From positions 1 to 17,205 of the forward strand of contig CBDDTI010000721.1 of the NCBI GenBank assembly GCA_965233585.1: 17,205 bases of DNA. Reading direction: 5' to 3'. The notes under the pieces are model-generated. The model saw nothing but the letters and a program-made list of their open reading frames with translations, made no database searches and had not been told where the DNA came from. A program made the position numbers and the translations under genes. The DNA comes from a bacterium (lineage in GTDB: Bacteria; SAR324; NAC60-12). Below are positions 10,096 to 17,205 of this stretch, piece by piece (positions within the stretch are counted from its first letter, which is position 1; each line of letters starts with the position of its first letter).

Positions 10096-11771
10096 TCTGC
10101 ACTCTCTTAAACATGTCAAAGTGTCTGTTAGCATTGATCCGAACCTGACGATATGACACAAAATCGAAACGTTGCTATTCCTTTTTCCTGAGGCCGTTGT
10201 AAACAGAGTAAAAAAAAAAAAAAAAAAAAATACAAGCCCCTTTACACATCGATGGCCGGACAGGTTTTAAACGTAGATTTAACATTTTATTTCTAGAGAT
10301 GATTAAAAAGCAAGAGGAATATTTTTGCGAATATTAATTACCTCAACATGTTATTTTTGCAGTCACAGAGGCATAGACATCATCATCATCATTTGTCTTC
10401 TTTCTCCTCTGGAAGAATAGGACCATATACCATATATATGCCGGGCATAGTAGGAAAACAAACCGGCATCTTGTGGAGGGTTCAGTTTCCAAAATCCAGT
10501 CGCTGATTTGTTATTATTCCTTCTCCATCGCGTTTAGTTTTATGTTAACATGTGAAGTCAGTTTTACTCCCAAATCTCGGCCCGATCTATCTTCCTCCCC
10601 AAGACGAGAGAGTAACAAAACAAGTCTGTGGCGTAAATTTATAATCACTCTGCGTTTCCCTTCCCATAGACAGGCCCACATGAGACTTACGATTCAGAAC
10701 ATTTATGTCCATGCTGTTCTCTTTCAAATTTGGTCAATGAGCCGATCACATTTAAAGTTGTAGTTTAAATCAACCAATCACAATCTTAGTTTCAATCACC
10801 AACAATTTACGCCTTAAATAATTTGATTGAACAAGTTCATCCCACGATTTACAGCTGAAATGATATCATTTACCTTTAAAAATTTGAGCGATTTTTCAGT
10901 CTTAGTTAAAGGTACGGTTGGCTGGAAATCAGGACGATGGTTCAAATCTGACTCAAAGATGATGGCTAATGAGATATCTACCAATTGAATTGAATGCTTT
11001 CAATAGGGTTTTTTTAATATCAAGGACGACCCTGACTGCTTCTGTGACAGAAACTTGGTATCTTTTATTGAACTGTTTTCTTTATATTGTAAAAGGAGAT
11101 GAAAAGTTTGTAGAATATCAGTCAAGAGAGTGTGGTGATGACTGAGCTGCCTGTCAGGTGCTAAAAACGTGTAATAACGGATAAGGAATGGTGCTGAATT
11201 GAGGATTCACAGTCATGTCAACTGCGTGGCAGATAAAAAGACATTTGGACATGCTGTATTGAAATTCTCACTTGAATACTGGGTGTATAATAGTCATCAG
11301 TTATTCCTCGATAGACCATTTGAGATAATGTTATGTTATTTCTTAATATGTAATTAGAATATTATCATTTGAACCTGATTCCTTTCTTGACTTTTTAATT
11401 TTCAACTTAAACGATGCCAATACGATATGTAAAAAGTATATGTATAGCATTTGAGCTAGATAAACATAAATTGTTTTGAATTCATAATTGTAAAGAATTA
11501 CTGCCTGCTCTCTGTTGAAACTTTTTGTTGTGTTTCATGATATGAAACGTCAATTTAACGTAAACCTTTCTTAAGCCGGTGGGAACTGCTGTATTTGAAG
11601 AACAAAATTAAAAAGGAAAATTCAACAAGCTAGTCTAATATTCCTATTATTTTTCTGCTTGAATAGAAGCACTTTTCTATTTAAGCTGATGAGCCGATCT
11701 TTTTTCGTGCTGTAGGGAAGCGAGAAAAATGACTACTTGTAAGGTAATATTATTGTTCTTGCTCTGTACAG

Positions 11772-11798
11772 CTCACGGTAACTTACATCGACCAGAAG
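11772..11798 (+). CDS. Putative 27-nt micro-exon of the astacin pro-region (HGNLHRPE)
   Basis: ctctgtacAG|...AAG|GTATGA, phase 1-1, in frame with the next exon. Confidence 0.5.
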
Positions 11799-14700
11799 GT
11801 ATGATATAAGATCACCATTGTGTCTTAAACATTCAATTTAATCTCCTCAACATAAGAGCATAATTAGACCAACTGAAGGCAGCATTGAATTTCAGCAAAA
11901 AGTAATCTTCTTTTGTTCAGAAAATTCTGACCTGGAGAGAAAAAACTTGTTCGAAGGCGACATGATTCTTACTGATGCCCAACGAATGGCTGCCATGTTC
12001 GGAGAAGACATCAGTAAGGCTGGACTGGGCCGTGCATCAATTCGCAAGAATTTATGGCCTGGAGCTGTTCTTGTGTATCAGTTGGATCCCGCAATAGGTA
12101 GTAATGAATCAGTAACAACAACAACAAACAAGTTTATTTATCTCACTTTGCCTAGTTTTTTTACATTTGTTAGACTATAAAAATAAATTATGAGAGTACT
12201 GGCTGCCTAGAATAACTGATAAGTTAATAATGATAGGCAGCCAGTTTATACGTATGTTTACTACCAGTTTAGGTCGGCACACACTATAGACAAACACACG
12301 ACAACACAAAACTTATAAGGGATAAATATGTTGACTAGAAATTCATGAGACTGGGAGCAGGGTGCGAAGAAGAAAGGAAAAAAGCCAAGAAGAACAGCAA
12401 ATAACCCCTCGTATCTTTCAAAATATTGGTCCTTCAATCGTTGAACTTATAACAATGATTTGAACAAGACCAAAGATAAATTATATATTGAACTTTTTTC
12501 TCGCAAAGAAGTTTTCAACCTTGTATCCTTCAATGAAATAATCTTGGAAGCATCTCCTACTCTTATTCCTTGACTGTTTATGAAATTTTGGTCGAATTAA
12601 CCATGTAATTTCACATAAATTTAAATAACATATCAACTGATGGTGAAAAATACTTGGATAGTCCATGTTTGGCTCGAGCTGTAGCAGTACGGGACAGTAC
12701 TCAAAGAGCCAAAGCAATCTATACTTTTAGTTTCATCAACCAGGACAAGACAAGACAAGACAAGATGATTTATCTTTTCATCTTCAGTTTTTCCCCTCAA
12801 ACGACCATGATTATTATTGTCACCTGCTTTGAACACTTGTAACCATCAATAAACGAACTCCAAATATGGTGAAGTTGAGTAAAGTTAATCAAATTGTCTT
12901 AACAATTAATGTATTTTGACTCTGCTGGATGTTAGTTTCAAGTTACCTTTAATCAGCTTACTTCGTAACGTGTTTTAAACGATTCGTCACCACCTCCCGT
13001 TTATAACTCCACACAAAAACCCTTCTGAAGTTGTATATCTCATAGCTCATAATAAGGAATTTTATTGTATATCAGTAGCTACTCACAGTAGCGTTAACGA
13101 AATTTTACAATGTAAGTGCGGTTTAATACTGATTGTAGGCTGCGTGCTGCAAACATTTACCATCTTCCCAATGCTTCTAAATTTACTAGATGTACGCGTT
13201 TCTATCATTACTAATAGAGAGAAGTTCAAGAGCTATGTCGGCAATCAATGCTGCCATGAATTTGTGGAGAACTCAAACGTGTGTGCGGTTTAAGAAAAGG
13301 ACAACTGAGAGCGCTTATGCCTACTTTCATATTGGCAGAGGGTAAGCAGTGAAGTGACATATTTCACTTCATACTATACACACATAAAGAAAATATCTCA
13401 CTTTCATCTTGTTTTGTGATTGCTTTTGTTTGGATTTTTGTTGTTCAATTATTTATCAGATGCACGTCATATGTGGGACGGACTGGTAGAAGGCAGATGC
13501 TTTCCCTTGCCAGAGGATGCTGGGTCACATATACTGTTGCACATGAGATTGGTGGGTTCTATAACTGATTTTATGAAACATGGTACACTAAGAGAGTACT
13601 TCATATTTCACATCAAATAAAAGTTTGCATAAGTTTGTTGATATCGAATTCGTTTGACTCCTTCTGAAAGATCCCCACCATTATCGCAGAAATATAAGGT
13701 TAATACACGTTTGTTGGGGGTTTGCTGAGGTCACCCTTGCAATAAAGCACTGTAAATGCACCTTCACACATGATATCAAATGAGCTATTTTTTTTCTCAA
13801 TTTCTAGTGTGTCGTGGATGCTGCTCTGATTAAAGGGATAAGCTTTTTTCCCTAAATTGCAGTCAGTTTTTTCTTCGTATTGTTGTTATTTATTACGATG
13901 CTGTTGTTATCAGGTCATGCCCTGGGATTCTATCATGAACAGTCCCGCCCTGATCGCGACGATTACGTTTCAATCAACTGGGTAAACATTCAGCAAGGTA
14001 CGTGGGTTAAAGACATAGTAAACTGTCCCATATATTGATATTAAATAAATCCAACAAGCAATTCTGGTCTCCCACAATTTCAGAAAGAAGAGCAAAAATT
14101 AAAATTGATACACTCAGTCACGAGCGTTACTTGTAACTTTGCATGCTGAGCACACCATTACATTACTGCGGAAAGTGAAAATGGCCGCGCTTTTCCTTTT
14201 CAAACTATTATAACTCTTGTTGTTGTAATTGCCCAAATTCTCGCCATCAGGTTGAAAGTCAATAAACAAGTTGATCATAAACGATCATCGGAACATAGAA
14301 CTGACATGTGAAACAGTCCTGGCCTTGATTGGGGACTTCGTCTCTCTCATTGAGTGAATTATAACGTTTCTTTAAGCATCTTTTGTATCCATTTAGGACT
14401 TGTTTTTGCTTTCAACAAGTACCCACGCTCCACCATCGATTCTCTTGGCACTGCATACGACTACAGGAGCGTGATGCACTACGAGAGTTACGCCTTCAGC
14501 TCAAACAGAAGACCAACTATTGTTGCCAAGAAACAAGGAGTAAGACCCGTATAAAACATCGAAATTTAATAATTCAATGATTACCTGTGTTTTACTCTAT
14601 GGTAGAGAAAATTTCATCAAGTTGTTCTGTGATTATTTTTTCTGGAAGTGCTTTTTCTACTATATCATTTGTTTTGAAGCCCTTATATACATTATTGTTC

Positions 14701-16932
14701 AAGCCGAGTGTCACTACTCTGCAAACCATTGCCAGTCAAGGGGAAGGAGACTAAGTGTTACCCGGGTTGGCCATGTATTCTCTGCGGGGCGGTTTTTACC
14801 TGTCCGGAGTCTCCTTATCGCGATAACGACATGATATTCTGGTTTTTTACCTATTGCCCTTTGTCATGCGCTTGCATGTGACATCGACCAATCCGTAAAC
14901 ATTGGGATTTGAGTTTCATCTGAGGTCATCACCATGTGCATTTAGTAGACGATCGGTCAACCAGCGAGTAGCTTTACTTTGTGCTGCAGCTACACCGTGC
15001 TGACGAGACCTAAGCAGGTACAAACAGCTGTCCACGGTTGCAACTCTTGGCTTTCTGTTTTGAGCTCTATCGTGTCCGCGTTGTCCTGTTAAGCTTTCTA
15101 CGTCGTATCAGCTTTGCTTCATTGTTGTACTTAATTTGTTGCGCCTCTCAATAACATGCAGACTCTAAAATTCAAAGCTCAACTGACAAATGCGATTTCG
15201 CTACAGTCAATCAAATAATCGGCGGCTCCTCCCAGCTACCGACACTGCCGAGTGCACGATAATTAAATCGTTGAGCACATTTCAGAAAACAAAATAGTGC
15301 TCGACAGTAATCTGAAGCTGAAACTGATAGGAGCCGTCGAATATTTGATTGATGGTAGTAAAAAACGCATTTGTCGATTGAACTTTGAATTTTAGAGTCT
15401 GCGTGTTATTGAAAGGCGCAGTAATCCGTGTGTTAATTCGATTGGAAACATTGATTTCAATATTCCATTTTCAGATAATAAAACATAAATTGTTTTCTTT
15501 GCAATCGAAAGTAAAAGCAGTTTTTGACTGTGTTTCTAATAGCTGCTGTTGCAGTCCAGTGAGTTGCGTTTTGATCTCAGTGACCTAGTCCCTTCTGTTT
15601 TTAGGTTACTCTAAGTAACAGAAAAGGCCCAACGGAGATAGACGTCAAGCAAATGAATCTGTTGTACAAATGCAGTGGAGGAGGAGGAGGAGGAGGAGCA
15701 GGAGGAGCAGGAGGGGGAGGAGGAGGAGGAGGAGGAGGAGGAGGAGGAGGAGGAGGAGGAGGAGGAGGAGGAGGAGGAGGAGGAGGAGGAGGAGGAGGTG
15801 GTGAGAGTAAGTTTCACCAAATGTTCGGTTGATATTGCAGTGCATCCCTCTGTAACAGACCTGATTAGGGCTACATGCTCAATAGGTGAACAGGTTGTAT
15901 GGTCACCAAACGTAGGAACTATAAATGAATTAGGAAGATTACCTGTAGAGCTTAGAACGTTTTAAACTTTAATATATTTAAAGTTGTTGAGTGACCTTGA
16001 AAACCAACTCCACGACAGATAGACGTCAAGCAGTAAGAGACAGTAAGTTTAGTGACTTCACTCGTAACCTGAAGGCTTTTGACTTTAGCAAATTAGGGCC
16101 TAGCTGTCTTTGTAACTCTTGTATATAGTTTTATTTCCATTTGTTTTCTAACAGTACATGTAATTCTTACTCTTAATATATTTCATATAGGTTTACCCAT
16201 AGATAGTTTTACTCATAGATAGTTTTACTCATAGGTAGTTTTACCCATAAATAGTTTTACTCACAGATAGTTTTACTCATAGATAGTTTTACCCACAGAT
16301 AGTTTTACCCATTGATAGTTTTACTCATTGATAGTCTTCTAGCTTGTTCAATACAGGACTAACTTGCTTTAAGCTAATGAGGGAAGTTTTTGTTTTATAT
16401 GACTTTTCTCTATAATTCGTACGTTCTGTCACCTCTGCCTTACTTCCCCTTTCAATAAAAGGTGAAAAGAATTCAAAGTCTCACGGGAGGTCCAGGGAAA
16501 CAGAAGCGAAAGAGTTGATTTGTGTTGGGTGATTACGTGAACGTTACTGATTTGAGAGTATGACACTGAAGTTGACCTCGAGTTGAGAGAACTTATGTCG
16601 GCTTTTGTGTGTTGAGATAAACTGGTTATGAATGAACTGATGCTGGAAGTTCCACTTTACTTTATTTCTGTGACTGATAGACTCAGATGCAGTTGGTTTA
16701 TCCTTTTTTTATCAAAATAAAATTGCTATATCTGTGTTATGGCTTTACTTAGAAACAATATCCTATTTTTCTTGGTTTAAATGCATATGTTTATGCCTAA
16801 ATATCCTTCTTTCTCTCAGGCTGCAAGGACAAAAATTCGAGTTGTTCATACTGGGCACAAAAAGGTTATTGCCAACACAGCTATGTGAACTACATGTCAA
16901 AGAACTGCCCAAAGACCTGTGGCAAATGCTGA
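11772..16932 (+). CDS. Astacin-family (M12A) zinc metalloprotease with poly-Gly linker and C-terminal ShKT domain; spliced, 5' exon(s) unresolved
   Basis: Exons 11772-11798(?), 11921-12097, 13218-13341, 13460-13551, 13914-13997, 14397-14539, 15605-15806 and 16820-16932 all have AG/GT ends and compatible phases, and join into one stop-free frame. Confidence 0.92.
11921..12097 (+). CDS. Astacin exon: pro-peptide with FEGDM aspartate switch and mature N-terminus
   Basis: ttttgttc[19 protein letters not shown]...[30 protein letters not shown]. Confidence 0.9.
12113..12420 (-). mobile_element. Probable LINE (L2/Crack-like) 3' UTR relic in intron
   Basis: The minus strand ends AAATAAAC followed by (TTG)n. 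A perfect 12-bp stem lies at 12198-12209/12234-12245. No coding remnant recognised, and the upstream limit is approximate. Confidence 0.4.
12744..12765. repeat. (GACAA)4 microsatellite
   Basis: gacaagacaagacaagacaaga; possibly a retroposon tail on the minus strand. Confidence 0.7.
13218..13341 (+). CDS. Astacin exon (catalytic domain, TCVRF motif)
   Basis: taat[49 protein letters not shown]. Confidence 0.9.
13460..13551 (+). CDS. Astacin exon (GCTSYVG...HEIG)
   Basis: tttatc[39 protein letters not shown]. Confidence 0.93.
13914..13997 (+). CDS. Astacin exon completing the zinc-binding motif
   Basis: ttatc[35 protein letters not shown]; gives HExxHxxGFxHExxRxDRD. Confidence 0.95.
14397..14539 (+). 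CDS. Astacin exon with Met-turn
   Basis: cattt[55 protein letters not shown]. Confidence 0.95.
14994..15038 (+). ncRNA. Degenerate minimal type I hammerhead ribozyme (pLTR/retrozyme relic, host repeat about 14870-15120)
   Basis: Stem I ACCGTG/CACGGT; CTGACGA (15000-15006); stem II ACCT/AGGT; CAAA in place of GAAA; palindromic stem III ACAGCTGT; GUC triplet. Confidence 0.72.
15140..15420. mobile_element. Foldback MITE with ~90-bp imperfect inverted arms
   Basis: TGCGCCTCTCAATAACATGCAGACTCTAAAATTCAAAG...GGCTCCT (15140-15230) pairs with 15329-15420. The TSD is unclear. Confidence 0.8.
15605..15806 (+). CDS. Astacin exon: end of catalytic domain + poly-Gly linker
   Basis: ttttt[26 protein letters not shown] followed by 42 codons (40 Gly, 2 Ala). 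Donor GTAAGT at 15807, with an alternative GTGAGA at 15801. Confidence 0.88.
15677..15802 (+). repeat. (GGA)n trinucleotide repeat, coding poly-Gly
   Basis: 42 triplets; the pure GGA run is 27 triplets (15716-15796). Confidence 0.95.
16000..16475 (+). mobile_element. Probable L2/Daphne/CR1-group LINE 3' relic in the last intron
   Basis: [36 protein letters not shown] (16033-16128) resembles the GPxCxCxxC C-terminus of such LINEs. The UTR has GGGAAG/CTTCCC pairing before AATAAA. Confidence 0.4.
16187..16335. repeat. 16-bp minisatellite, ~9.3 copies (ATAGTTTTACYCATAG)
   Basis: Contiguous units counted directly, with no spacers. Confidence 0.92.
16820..16932 (+). CDS. Terminal exon: ShKT (ShK toxin-like) domain
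   Basis: ttctctc[38 protein letters not shown]; six Cys in ShKT spacing; TGA at 16930-16932. Confidence 0.93.
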
Positions 16933-17205
16933 ATGGCACGTGTGCTTATTCAAAATCTCTTCTGATCAGCTCATTTTAGTGCATCACCCGACATAGAACT
17001 CAACAAAAGAGATCTTATTTTTTATTAACGTGGCTTTCAGAAGTTCTCTTTTGTCAGTAAGGGATTCCCCACCCCGGCAAACAATAACAAGACTAAACGA
17101 TTATTATAATTTCAATACACTGAAGAAAGGGAGGCTCAATGGCATGATCTCTAATTAGGGCAACAACTGACTTAATTCCTCCAATCTTCACACCCATCTC
17201 ATAGA

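Noticed and set aside
10210..10230. A21 run as a retrocopy tail
   Set aside because: No upstream AATAAA, TSD or recognisable retroposon body.
11686..11730. CTGATGAG as a hammerhead core
   Set aside because: No paired stem II followed by GAAA and no stem III.
11716..11743. Additional astacin exon (tgtAG|...|GTAATA)
   Set aside because: It would leave a 28-nt intron before the micro-exon, which is implausibly short.
15611..15965. Poly-E, poly-S and poly-L ORFs in the ORF track
   Set aside because: They are alternative frames of the (GGA)n repeat. Splice phase shows the coding frame is poly-Gly.
16187..16335. CRISPR-like array
   Set aside because: Units are contiguous with no unique spacers, the context is a eukaryotic intron, and there are no cas genes.

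Overview
Eukaryotic, AT-rich, repeat-dense genomic DNA. It is most likely cnidarian (coral or anemone), inferred from the astacin-ShKT gene and the repeat types. The left ~10 kb is a nest of transposons. (1) The 3' end of an L1/Tx1-type LINE with one premature stop and a poly(A) tail, apparently inserted into an exon of a minus-strand gene. (2) A very recent, 5'-truncated Penelope-like element (Naiad-type RT + GIY-YIG) with a 758-bp inverted pseudo-LTR and a hammerhead ribozyme in each arm, inserted into the (GTAT)n tail of an L2-type LINE fragment. (3) A chain of TTAA-joined Kolobok-like non-autonomous elements interrupted by a Harbinger-type MITE, which itself carries a hairpin-ended element. 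(4) A Crypton-like remnant. The right ~5.5 kb holds a spliced + strand astacin metalloprotease gene: pro-peptide [29 protein letters not shown] Met-turn, a (GGA)n-encoded ~40-Gly linker and a C-terminal ShKT domain. Its introns contain a degenerate sense-strand hammerhead, a foldback MITE, LINE 3' relics and a 16-bp minisatellite. The gene's first (signal peptide) exon could not be resolved.
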